Source: Leucoraja erinacea (Eukaryota). Taken from it: 64,000 bases of DNA. Where the stretch lies: assembly GCF_028641065.1 (NCBI RefSeq), contig NC_073394.1:29388001-29452000 (forward strand), in the 5' to 3' direction. A program made the translations under genes and the position numbers. The notes beneath the pieces were generated by a model that made no database searches, was not told the DNA's origin, and worked only from the letters and a program-made list of their open reading frames with translations. Every line of letters begins with the position of its first letter. Within the stretch, counting starts at the first letter, position 1. Below are positions 49,473 through 61,150 of the stretch, one piece after another.

Positions 49473-49786
49473 GGGCAACACAATGGCGCAGCAGTAGAGC
49501 TGCTGCTTCATAGCACCAGAGACCTGAGCTCGATCCTGACTATGGGTACTCTCTGTGCTGTCTATGTGTGCTCTCCCTGTGACCGCGTGGATTTTCTCCG
49601 AGTGCTCAGTTTCCTCCCACATCCCAAAGACGTGCAGGTTTGTAGGTTAAATAGCTTCTGTAAATTGCCCCAAGTGTATAAGATACGAAGGCGGGATAAC
49701 ATAGTGTACGTGTGATCGATGTCATCATGGACTCGGTGGGCTGAAGGACCTGTTTCCATACTGTATCTCTAAACTAAACTGAACTA
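49473..49786 (+). mobile_element. Full-length HE1-like V-SINE
   Basis: A/B boxes, V-domain and (CTAAA)n tail. Confidence 0.9.
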
Positions 49787-50784
49787 ATACACTGTAACCA
49801 GTCATTATTGAATGTAATGAAACATTTAATTGCTATTAATAGCTTGACAAATAGTTTCTAAAGGTCTGGGAGGGTTTCCGACAGTCAGGTCAATTGTAAC
49901 TTGGGGAGCCCTGTATCCATTTATCCATTAAGGATTGCAATGCATTGGTTGGAGCCTTATTGTACTGTTGTGGGCGCTGTCTTCCAGACCAGCCATTTGC
50001 ACTCTAAAGTAGACATAAAAGATCAGGCGATATATATACTTCAAAAGGGATTAAAGAAGATAAGGTTCGTGTTATCCCAGTACAGCAGTAGTTATTTGCC
50101 ATAAGGTGTCTCCGGAGGTCTGAGGCTGAAAGTTGCTATCTAAATATAGCTTCTTTTTTTGCTGACTGATGCAACCTGGAGGGAAACATCAGCATGTCAG
50201 ATGCACATGAATGTTGGTACAAGGACCCTCTGATCTACCTGCACTCTGTGTTTCTACGCCATATTACTGTCCATTGACTACTGACCTGTTAGGAAGCTCC
50301 AAGCACAGATTATCTTTCTAATTTGTATATGCATAATTCCAGAACTAATGCTTTTCTAGTAAGCTTAGAAATCCAATTTTCAATTTGCCACTTTATTTCA
50401 GCATGAACAAAATAATTTGCTTCGGTGAAACCTCCTGAAGGGCTGATTTGACCTGCAGTGCCTGTAAATTTATGCTGACTGGATGAAAATGTCTGTGTTG
50501 GGCCAAAACCTTCTAATCACACAGAATTATGGATAAAATAAGATAAAATGAGAGAGCAATCAGCTTACATTACTTCAATACATTACTTGATATGCATTTT
50601 TACCCCAACGTGCCACCACTCATTATAATCTCATGGACCTTACATAGCATGTAATCCTGTAAGAGGTGCAACTTCTTCTTACTTTTCATAGCAATTAGAT
50701 CTTTAAACAAATTTAAAATTAGAATTAGCAATTGAAATGGCCTTCAAGCCATGTTGTATCAGGTGTTTAATGTTGAATTCTTTT

Positions 50785-51200
50785 CTTCTTGGGCCCCCTT
50801 CGGTCATGGCTGACCATGGATGTCTCCAGGGTTGGAGGACGCCAGTGCATGACTTTGTTTAATGTGGGGAGACTGGTGCACAGACAGCCACCACACGGTC
50901 CTTCACAGATCTGGGTCAGAATCCAGTGGCATGGAGTCCAAGACGACCGGGGACCATTTTCTGTGACAGCCTCCATCCACCTTCCCAGCCGTTGTGACGC
51001 TCCACAAAGGTCAGCCATCATCCTCCTCCTGTTCCACCGTTGAGGTCTTGGTTGGATTGCTCTTTGTCAGAGTCCTCCCCCTTGACCTTACCATCATGGG
51101 TGGCCCTACCAGGAGCATAGCTCCAGACGTCATCGCTTTCAGGATCTCAGGACCACATAAGCTTCTCCACCTCAACAAGGTGACAATCCACGGAGAAGCA
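50785..51200 (-). mobile_element. Bipartite non-autonomous RTE-clade element (RTE 5' UTR plus 3' end), 9-bp TSD
   Basis: Minus strand starts TTCTCCGTGGATTGTCACCTTGTTGAGGTGG..GGTAGGGCCACCCA..CTGACAAAG, like Rex3/BovB 5' ends; (GAA)n tail; AATTCTTTT at 50776-50784 and 51201-51209. Confidence 0.8.
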
Positions 51201-53589
51201 AATTCTTTTAATGGGCTCATTGTAACATTGCTACAATTGTGACCTGAAAATGAGAGTTTAAGGCAAATCAGTAGAGGAGAAGAAAGAAAAAACAGAATTT
51301 TAATTTCTGGAGGGCATTTAATCTCTAACATGGGTCTTTGTATGCTTTCTAAAGTGTGATGACCAGAATTGGACACATTTCTCCAGTTACAGTCCAATCG
51401 ATGTTGAAACCTTTCTTCTCGAGAGCAAAATCTGGTGCAGTAGGGCCTCAACAGTTAGAGTGTCCTTATATATAAAATGAAACACTGCAATATCCATTCT
51501 TAGTGTCAGTCTATACATTCAGTATGTCCCTGGGAACAGCTATTAAATCAGAGAATCCTCTATTATGCAACTTCTCAAGATGAATGGTGACAAAGACCCT
51601 AGAATTTCCACCTGGCACATTAGTTCATAAATTCTTCCTGTCCTCACCAGCTGAAGTAGATTGGATTCTCTCTAATACACAGTAAACTTGAAACAATGGG
51701 TGTTACATAAATATTTGAATGACTAACTTGTTCGAAAATTCTTTTGACCTCTAATAATGAAAAGTAATTCACTTTTCCAAAGATGATCAATTGGAAATGT
51801 AAGAGCACAGTTGGAATACTTAGAGCAAGAATAACCACTTTTTACAGTTTGTAAAGAACTATTGGGAATGCGCTGCTAGAGGGCAAAGCTTTGGTGGTTT
51901 AGGGAGGGGTGGCAGATGCACCTAGTGGGCATTTTAAATACTCTTGGATAGGTAGATCAAATAGAACAATGTCCTACAACTTTATTCAGGGAAGGAGGGG
52001 GGAGATGAGGCAAGTTTGTGTGAGGGGGCAGTTTTTTTACAGGTAGATGGTGGGTGAAGCAGATACATTGGCATTTTAAATACTCTTGGCCACATGGATT
52101 CATATGGGGTGATGAGCATTGTTCAGATAGATGTGATGATATTGGCATCATATTCGCCACAGACATATGTGCTGTTTTGTTCTACGTTCTAAATACCAAG
52201 TAGTCATCAGTTTTTCAGTTTAGTTTATTGTCGTGTACGTGTACTGGGGTATAGTGTAAAGCTTTTGTTGCACGCTAACCAATGAGTGGAAAGATGATAC
52301 ATGATTACTATCGAGTGTATAAATACTTGATAGGGAATACGAGTTAGTGCAAAGTAAAGCCAGTAAAGTCTGATCAAAGATAGTCTGAGGGTCATTCAGA
52401 TCCTTTCAGGAGTAATGACAGAAACAAATTTCAAAACACTTGCAAGTTACACACAGAGGTTACTCAAGTCACACACGTTTAACGGGATTACACTCCATCA
52501 TTGTCTGCTCTTAATAATCGTAAATGCTTTTTTTTAAAGTTCTGTGAGGTAAGGATTTTTTTTAAAAACTTATTTTAACCAGGGGTTACTTCTTTGAGCT
52601 TTATTATAGTAGACCTCAACCGTAGCAAAATGCCTGTCTAGTTTCAATGAGTATGGCCTGAGTACTGGCTGCTGCCCAGACTCCACTGCAGCTGGTTGGT
52701 TAGAGATTGTATCCCTGCATCAAGTGAAGCACCAAGGGACAAGGTTTTGGCAGATTAGTAGGAACATGCTGGTTACAGCTTGCTTTGGCTGGTTGGGTGT
52801 CTGCCCATTTTGATGGGCAGCACCATTTATTTCTCTTGTAAGATGTTCCAAGACTTATCATACTCCTGTAAATGTTGATATAGAATACTGCCAACTCCCA
52901 TAAAGGTCTGAGGATTCCCACCCGAAACATTACCTATCCGTGTTGGCCAGAGATGCTTCTTGACCTGCTAAGTTGCTCCAGTATTTGGTATCTTTATTTT
53001 CCCATAAAACTAAGACGGTCAGTCCACTTATCAAATTTGTTCATGACACTGAGTCCGAGAGTCACCAACCTTTAAAATGTGGTCCAGTTCTTCCAAATGC
53101 TTCTGCCTTTAAGTTCATTCAGGATGTAGGCGTACGTTTTATCGGAGTCTAGCTTGTTTTACTTTATCTATTTTCGAAGGCAAATTACATTGATCTCCTT
53201 GGCTCTTGTATAAATATCGGACGGCTGCAGATACTGGGATCCAGAGATGATCAACGTTCGTGGTTTGAAGAACTCAGTCGATGCGGGGAAATGAGAATTA
53301 CTGGCCACTTTTTCAAGTGTTGCAGAATGAATTCATTCTAACAAATGATTCACTCATTTCGCTTAGGACCTGAACAAAAATCATCGATTATTAGCTAATG
53401 AGGGTAGAAACAGAAAAAAATCAAGGTGATATTCCAAATGTAACTTTTTACAAAGGAAATGTAAAAAAGGAAGTGCTTCTTAGCTTATATCAACGTGACA
53501 AGACCTATCAAATGAAAGAAATGTTGGTGACATTTGGTGAGCTGCTGAGTAATTATTGCCTCTGCCTTGTGAAGGGTCATCATTAGGAT

Positions 53590-53850
53590 CCTCTTTGACA
53601 ATTCCCTCCCATGATTAAGGAGCTGTTCTCCAAACTGCAGGTTGAATTATGTCCATTTGGATGAAGAGTGGACCCATGTAACAACTTCAAGAGAAACCAA
53701 GGACAAATCCAAGAGCACTCACCACTGTAAATGATCTTCCATGACCTCACCAAATCATTTGACTCCACCAACCTGATGGGTCAGTGGAGCACCCTCCTCA
53801 AGCCCATTTGCCCATATGTTTGCTTCATGGTGGTGTGCAAGTTATCATTC
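53590..53850 (+). mobile_element. Very old RTE-clade reverse transcriptase remnant
   Basis: QLQEK and DLTKSFDSTNLMGQWSTLLKPICP resemble RTE DLTKAFDTVNREGLWxILxKFGCP. Confidence 0.55.
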
Positions 53851-54704
53851 TAACCAACTGGAAATGACGAGCAAGTTCTTTAGCCAGAGGCTGGTGAATA
53901 TGTGGAATTCATTGCCACAGAGGGCAGAGGAGGCCAATTCATTTGGGTATTTTTAAAGTGGAGATTGATAGGTTCTTGATTAGTAAGCATGTCAAAGGTT
54001 ACGGGGAAAAGGCAGGAAAATGGGGTCATAAGTGAAAAATAGATCAGTCATAATCAAATGGCAGAGCAGACTCAATGAGCCAAATGGCCTAATTCTGCAC
54101 CCGTGTCTTATGGACATGGTCTAACAATGGGTCCAATGCTGGTTAATAATCTTGCACATGTTTTGTGCTCATAATCAGAGATTAAATTACCTCTCCACAT
54201 CCTCTCTTGGTATCACCATAGATTGTCCATTTGCGCAGAGACTGTATTGGTCCAAATGCGGTGATCTTTGGAGGATCAGCGAATTTTATGGAGCTGCTGT
54301 TTCAACTGAAACTCTTGCCGGCAGCACAGTAAATCAGGCCACTGTACATTGCCCTGAATTGTACAAGAGTGGTATATTCTTTATAGAGTTGATGGAGAAT
54401 GTTTTTATACATGGTATAATGTTGGATTATTGTAAATGTGGGTACTGGCTGACCAAAGGGTTCATTTATGTGCCATATCTCTCTATGACGCTATGACTCT
54501 ATGACTATGACTCTAGCATGTGTATCTCCTTTCTTCCTCTTATAGTTGTGTAGTGTGTGTACCTGCAAAAGACATCAGATTAAATCTTGCTGGTTAATGC
54601 AAGTTCCATGCTGAATTGATATTACTCTTGGTATTAAGTATTTATAACTTTAAGCAATTGCATGTTCATAAAAAAAACCATATGGGATATGTTTCCCTGT
54701 CTTA

Positions 54705-54928
54705 TGCCCCGTCCCACTTAGGAAACCTGAACGGAAACCTCTGGAGACTTTGCAACCCACCCAAGGTTTCCGGGGGGTTCCCGGAGGTTTTTGTCAGTCT
54801 CCCTACCTGCTTCCACTACCTGCAACCTCCGGCAACCACCTGCAACCTCCGGAACCGCACGGAAACCTTGGGTGGGGCGCAAAGTCTCCGGAGGTTTCCG
54901 TTCAGGTTTTCTAAGTGGGACAGGGGCA
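54705..54928. mobile_element. Palindromic PIF/Harbinger-type MITE (224 bp), TTA TSD
   Basis: Same family as 48959; TTA at 54702-54704 and 54929-54931. Confidence 0.88.
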
Positions 54929-55443
54929 TTAACCTCCCATGAAATGCATTGCAGAATGTACACATGTGGAATCTGAGGAGTTCAAACATGTCTAATTTAT
55001 TCATAGGCTCTGTGCAAATGCACTGTGCACACAACATACTCATGATAGAATATCTACACATTTACAATGTGAAATCCCTTCACGAGTTTAACATATTTTA
55101 AAATTGTACAGGTCAATTGTGTTTCTGACCTTCACTATCTCTGTGTAACTTTATTGGTGTTCCTTGTGTGGCACTTGGAAATATTTTTGTTGTTGCATCT
55201 CTTTCTGGACCGACCGTTTTCTCTCATAATGACTTTTCTCAACCATAATCAAGGTTTTGTTCAGCAATTGTATCGCTCATATTAGTATGTCCAATTCATA
55301 ATTCCCCTCCCACTCCACTCCACGGTTCCTTGGGTTATCTGTGCTGCGATCATGTCTTCTTACTGAATTTTGACCCAATGTTTACGAGATATCCCTTCTA
55401 ACCTTCTAATCGTCTGCCACCAGAAAACCTTGGATCTCCCATT

Positions 55444-55733
55444 ATGAGTATATTTTGTGTCTATCTTCAGTGTAAACCAGCATATGCAGTTCCTTCCTAC
55501 GCATTAGGAAGGAACTGCAGATGCTGGTTTACACTGAAGATAGACACAAAATGCTGGCGTAACTCAGCGGGACAGGCAGCATCTCTGGACAGAAGGGATG
55601 GGTGACATTTCACGTTGAGACCATTAATCAGACTTGAGTCTGAAGAAGGAGCTCGACCCGAAACGTAATCCATTCCTTCTCTCGAGATGTGTTGCCTGTC
55701 CCGCTGAGTTACTCCAGCATTTTGTGCCTATCT
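55444..55733. mobile_element. Double fold-back Penelope pLTR insertion with head-to-head hammerhead motifs
   Basis: 48-bp arms at 55452-55499 and 55505-55552; second palindrome centred on CAGAC-TTGA-GTCTG (55629-55642); ATCTCCCATT at 55434-55443 and 55730-55739. Confidence 0.85.
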
Positions 55734-55886
55734 CCCATTTACTCATCTTCTTTCTCAGGCTTTCCAATGCAATTATTTATTTTCTATTGAGAAGCTATTT
55801 GATTACCAATAACAATCTTTACTTTAGCCTTGCATAATGATGCTTTGTGCCCTTGTGTTCGGCAATTATAGCCTCTTCCTGTTCTG

Positions 55887-56450
55887 AATGGAATGGAATA
55901 CGTCATTGTCACTGGTGACTAGGTACAGTGAAATTCTTCGCTTTCATACACAATATACAAATAGCAGCCATCTACTGCGTTGAGAAGGTTACAAAGCCTG
56001 GTGGCTTTGTAACAGTTCTCCCCCCCCCCCCACAGCGGTTCCACCACGTTGGGTCCCCATTGTCCTTTGTCCTCCCCCTCTCCCCAATTGTCCATTGTTC
56101 ACCTCCACCTCCCTCACAGGCTTCACCACCACTGAGGTCCCATCGTCGCGAGGCTTCACCGCCACCGAGGCCTCACCGCTGTCGATGCCCCACTTCATGC
56201 CTCTGAGGTGCCTACCCGGGCCCCAGCCACAGGCTCCGTCTGCCGTTTCGCCAACCCGGACTCCAACCCGCAAGGCCCAGCTCCTCTGTCCGACCCGCGA
56301 GGCCTCGGCCAGGCCCTGACCCATACTTCTATGTGGCGATCCGCGAGGCATTAAGACCATGGCGCCTCGTTAAAGGCCTCCGGTCGGGTACCCAGTCCAC
56401 AGCCGCGGCCCGTCAAGAAGCCTTCTGGTCGCGCGGCCCGTCGGGACTGA
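55887..56450 (-). mobile_element. GC-rich non-coding retroelement with Rex1/Babar-like 3' tail
   Basis: Plus strand AATGGAATGGAAT..ATTGTCAC..GGTACAGTGAAATTCTT is the reversed tail; CpG-rich body. Confidence 0.55.
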
Positions 56451-57059
56451 CTTGTGCTGAATGATTTCCCATTAGACGGCTGCAATTTTAGGCACTCGCA
56501 TCACCTATCATTCCAACAATGTCCATGCAACTTAGAATCAATGTCATTACTTCTACTTTATCCATGTACTATTGCAACACATATTCTGATTTGGTTGAAG
56601 TTCTTTCAGGTTTCCAAAATTTACGCATATTTCTAAAAATTCTTATGATTTGAAAGGGTAGATGTGAGGTTGATGTTCCCCTGAGCTAGCCTGCCCAGAG
56701 ATCATGTCTGGTCTAAAGAGCCTGCCTAAAACCAGGAGGTCATCTTCTAAAAAAAATGGGTTCGTATTTACGGACATGGGTGGGAAAGAATTCTGTCACC
56801 CAGAGGATGGGGAATCTTTGGAAATCTGCCCGAGGGGGGTTTCAGACTCAGTCACATAGTATATTCTTCAGAGAATGATAGATCTTTAGATACTAAGGGA
56901 GTCTGAGAGGAGAGAGCAGGAAGCCTTTTCAAAGGGGAAAAGATGAGCCATGATCTTACCGAATGGAATGTTCGGCATGTGGGAACTGAATGGCATCCAT
57001 CTGCTCCTACACCCACTTGCCTCTGCTTTTTCCTCAAGACCCTGCAAACGTTTCATCGA

Positions 57060-57520
57060 GAAACAAGGAAATGCAGATGCTAATTAATGCACAAAAGAAC
57101 ACACAGTGCTGGAATAACTCACCAGGTCAGGCAGCATGTCTGGAGAATGTGGATGGATGGCGTTTCTGGTCAAGACCCTTCTTCAAAATGATTTCTTGGT
57201 GGGGGGGGGGGGGGGGGGGGGGGGGGGAGACGAAATCTAGAAGAAGTGAGAGGCAGTTCAAAATGTAGCAGGTAATATGTGGATGCAGGCGATGAGGGGC
57301 TTTGATAGGAAGATAGTGTGGACAAAGACCAGAGATAAAAGCAGCACAGGGGTTGAAAGGTTGCAAATTGCGAAGTTAAAGGGAGGAACCCAGCAGGTGG
57401 GTGGAGGGGGAGGGGAAGAGGGGAGGAGAGACTGAGGTGGAGGAAGGAAACGGGAGAGGGTTGAGTTGGAGGGTATCTTCATCTCAGTTCTGTTGTCAAC
57501 ATCCACTCTGGATTAAAGTG
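57060..57520 (-). mobile_element. Penelope 3' UTR/pLTR remnant with poly-G tract (57201-57227)
   Basis: Reverse pLTR, purine-rich UTR and decayed hammerhead. Confidence 0.65.
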
Positions 57521-57748
57521 TGGCAATGGGAAAGAGTAATGATTCAAGCAGCTATCCCACTCAGCAAATTGAGTGTCCATTTATTGAATAAGAACAAACA
57601 GATTTCAAGGAGAGCTGGTCAGCATTTATCCTTTGGCTGGTATCATCAAAAGAGCTTGACTGCGTTGATCCCATCCGAAGGAAAGGTCTCGACCCGAAAC
57701 GTCAACCATTCCTTCCCTCCAGAGATGCTGCCTGTCCCGCTGAGTTAC

Positions 57749-57838
57749 ATAGAAACATAGAAAATAGGTGCAGGAGTAGGCCATTCAGCCCTTCGAGCCT
57801 GCACCGACCGCCATTCAATATGATCATGGCTGATCATG
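57749..57838 (-). mobile_element. 90-bp CR1 3' tail inserted in a Penelope pLTR, 7-bp TSD
   Basis: GAGTTAC at 57742-57748 and 57839-57845. Confidence 0.85.
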
Positions 57839-58373
57839 GAGTTACTCCAGCTTTGTGAGTCCATCTTAAATTAAAACCAACAACTGCAGTTCCTTCCTAC
57901 ACATTGATGCCATTAATATTGGCTGGAAATTGCCAGATGGAACTTGCTTGCTGTGATTGCCTATGTAATAATAGAAGACGTCAAAATCTTTAGGATGACA
58001 CGTGGATATGAAAGGTTGTGAAGCAAATGATTTTAAAACTGGCTGGAAAGCAAATTTTCAAATCTTTTTGAGATGAAATCTCCAAAGTAGCCTACAATCA
58101 ATCACATTTTTCACTTCAGAGCAAATGCCTGGCTCGCAGGCAAAGCATGAGAAGAGATAATGTTAAAAAATAGGTTGTGACAAGTGGCATACCTTATATG
58201 TTTATAATGAGCATTCAAAACATCATCTGTAAAAAAGTAATTTAATTGGAGATAATTGGAGATAACTGCAGATGATGAGCAGGAGGCAAAGTGCCGGAGG
58301 AGCGGAGCGAGTCAGGCAGCATCTCTGCGGGGAATGAACGGGCCGTTTCGAGTCAAGTTGTTTTCGTGTTCAA

Positions 58374-58406
58374 GTCTGAAGAAGGGTCCCATCCTGAAAC
58401 ATCACT
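58374..58406 (+). ncRNA. Hammerhead-like motif, variant (ATC cleavage triplet)
   Basis: AGT-CTGAAGA-AGGG(TCCCA)TCCT-GAAA-CATC|ACT; stem III palindrome disrupted. Confidence 0.45.
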
Positions 58407-58450
58407 GGCTCATTCTGTCCACAGATGCTGTCTGACATGCTCAGTTACTC

Positions 58451-59178
58451 CAGCATTTTGTGTTTTGCTTATAACATACTTACAGAATTTTGAAACTGCA
58501 TGCCAAACTTACCTGTAGTTATAAACTTACAGCACTTTTATTCATGTTTCATGTAATCAGTCACTATTTTTCAGAGTTAAGGTTGGAGGGATAGCAGGAG
58601 AGATAACTTCCCAAAATAGCACTATGAGAAGGCATGTCATCTTTGTCATCTGCGCATGTAGTGTAAGTGTTGCAGAATGTTTTAGGATGATTCTCAGTAT
58701 ATCTCACCTCAAAGTGCAACCTTCCACAGGCAGACGACATCATTATAAATCACAATTCTTTTTGTGATTGTAAGATGCACTATTTTCATTTGCTTAATTT
58801 TGGTTCCATGCAAGATCGTCCGTTGAGAGAGAGGAACAGATGATGGAGATAAAGGGCGGCACAGTGGCGCAGAGTTGCTGCCTTATGGGCGGCACAGTGA
58901 CGCAGCGGTAGAGTTGTTGCCTTACAGTGCCAGAGACCCGGGTTTGATCCTGACTACGGGTGCTGTCTGTACAAAGTTTGTATGTTCCCACTGTGACTGC
59001 GTGAGGTTTCTCCGAGTGCTCCGGTTTCCTCCCACACTTGAAAGACGTACAGGTTTGTAGGTTAATTGGCTTTGGTAAAATTGTAAATTGTCCCTAGTGT
59101 ACGGGGTGAGAACTGAATAGCCGCTGGTCGGCGCTGACTCGGTGGGCAAAAGGGCATGTTTCTGCACAGTACCTCTAA
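58451..59178. repeat. Inverted duplication arm 2, including a V-SINE at 58853-59178 with doubled head
   Basis: Reverse complement of 48110-48837. Confidence 0.9.
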
Positions 59179-59959
59179 AAAAATAAAGAACCATGATGAA
59201 TCCTTGACACTGCCAATTGGAGAGAGACACAGAAAAGCAGATTTTCCTTATGTTAAGTATCATTTAGGAAAATAATTGTTTGTATATATATATATTAATG
59301 AAGCTGTGATATTATTTATTAATTTATCTGAAAAATTATTAGAATATTATCTTTTCCAAGATGTTTGTTTCTTTGGTTTGCTGCTGAACCTTAACAGGGA
59401 TGTTGATAGCAGCCTACAGCTATTCAAGACCTTGATTCCCCTGGGACAAGGTAGCTATACACATGCTCCAAGAATCAAAGATCTTGGAGAAAACCAACAC
59501 ATGCCACTGGGAGGACGTACAAACTCCGTACAGACAGCACCCATAGTCAGGATGGAACCCGGGTCTCTGGCGCTGTAAGGCAGCACTAATGTGCCACCAA
59601 TGTTTTAAAGTCTTTGTGTAGGACAAAAAGTGATTTTAGAAGCACAGTTAAATGCAATTAACATTTTTTGTTAATTATACACAGCATTTGTTAAAACTGT
59701 TGAACCAAATTAACACTTAGACTTATTAAATTCCTGCACAGTAAGAGATTATTTGGCTCATTGCATCAATACCCCTCAGCTTTTCCCCATCGCCTTGCAA
59801 ATTATTGTGCTTTTACCTTTAAGAAAATCACAATGGAATCTGCACTTTGAGGCAGTGCATTCCAGATAATAACTACTTTGCATCAAATACCTTTTACTCA
59901 CCTTTCGTGAATCACTGTAAAACTAAGTCCTCCAGATCTTGCCTCCTCTAACAATGAAT

Positions 59960-60625
59960 TAGAACATAGAACATGGAACACAGAGCGGTACAACACAGGA
60001 ACAAGCCCTTCGGCCCACCATATCTGTGTTGAACATGACATCAAGTTAAACTAATCTCATCAGCCAGCACATGATCCATATCTCTCCATACTCTGCATAT
60101 CCATGTGCCGATTTAAAAGCCGCTTCTTCTTTCGTGTCCATCGTCCATGTTTCAAATGTTGACATCGCTGTCATCGTCCGTCCTGAAAAAGACGCAAGCT
60201 TCAGGCGACAATCAGTGGGAGCCATCACTTGTTGCAATAGATCATGATGGTAGCAGAATTAACTCGGGATACTTCCAGTTTCCAGCCCCGCGACGTGGAC
60301 GCTTAAACACCACTATAATATCTGCCTCCACCACTACCCACGGCAGAGTGTACCAGGCACTCACCAACTTCTGCATTTAAAAAAAAAACCTGGTCCGCAC
60401 ATCTCCTTTAAACTTTGCTCCTCTCACCTTAAAGCCTTACCCTATAGCCTTTGACATTTCCACCTAGGAAAAAATAGGTTCAGACTGTATATCCTATCCA
60501 TGCCTCTTACAACTTTATACCCTTCCATCAGGTCTCGCTGCAACCTCCCAGAGAAAACAATCCAAGTCTATCCAACCTCTTTTTAAAGTTAAAACCTCTA
60601 ATCTAGGCAGCATTCTGGTAAACTG
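59960..60625 (-). mobile_element. CR1 3' remnant interrupted by the RTE-like short element (60123-60305)
   Basis: (AGAACAT)n reversed tail; CR1 sequence resumes at CTTAAACACC. Confidence 0.75.
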
Positions 60626-60876
60626 ATAAACATTCTGGCAAGAAAGAAGTGTCTCGACCTGAAACGTCACCTATTCCTTCGCTCCATAGATGCTGCCTCA
60701 CCCACTGAATTTCTCCAGCATTTTTGGCTACCGACAAAAATTGCATGAATGGTTTAAGAAGAAACAAAACCATCTGGATATCAAGCCTAGCTTTTCCATA
60801 AAGCAGCCTCCACTCATAGAAGTCACTCGGGTATTTTTCCAAAAGCACCCTGAAGGTATTAACCTCACATCTCAAC

Positions 60877-61150
60877 TTAGTTTAGAGATACAGCTTGGAA
60901 ACAGGCACTTCGGCCCACCGAGTGCTTGCTGCCCAGCGATCACCCACATACTAGTTGTATTCTATACACTAGGGACAATTTACAGAAGCCAATTAACCTA
61001 CAAACCTGTACGTCTTTGGAATGGGAAGAAAACTAGAGAACTTAGAGAAAACCCACGTAGTCACAGGGAGAACGTAAATAACAGATAGCCCCACAGTCAG
61101 GATTGAACCGGGTCTCTGGCACTGGAAGGCAGCAACTCTACCATTGCATC
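60877..61150 (-). mobile_element. HE1-like V-SINE
   Basis: Reverse B box, V-domain and tail. Confidence 0.85.
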
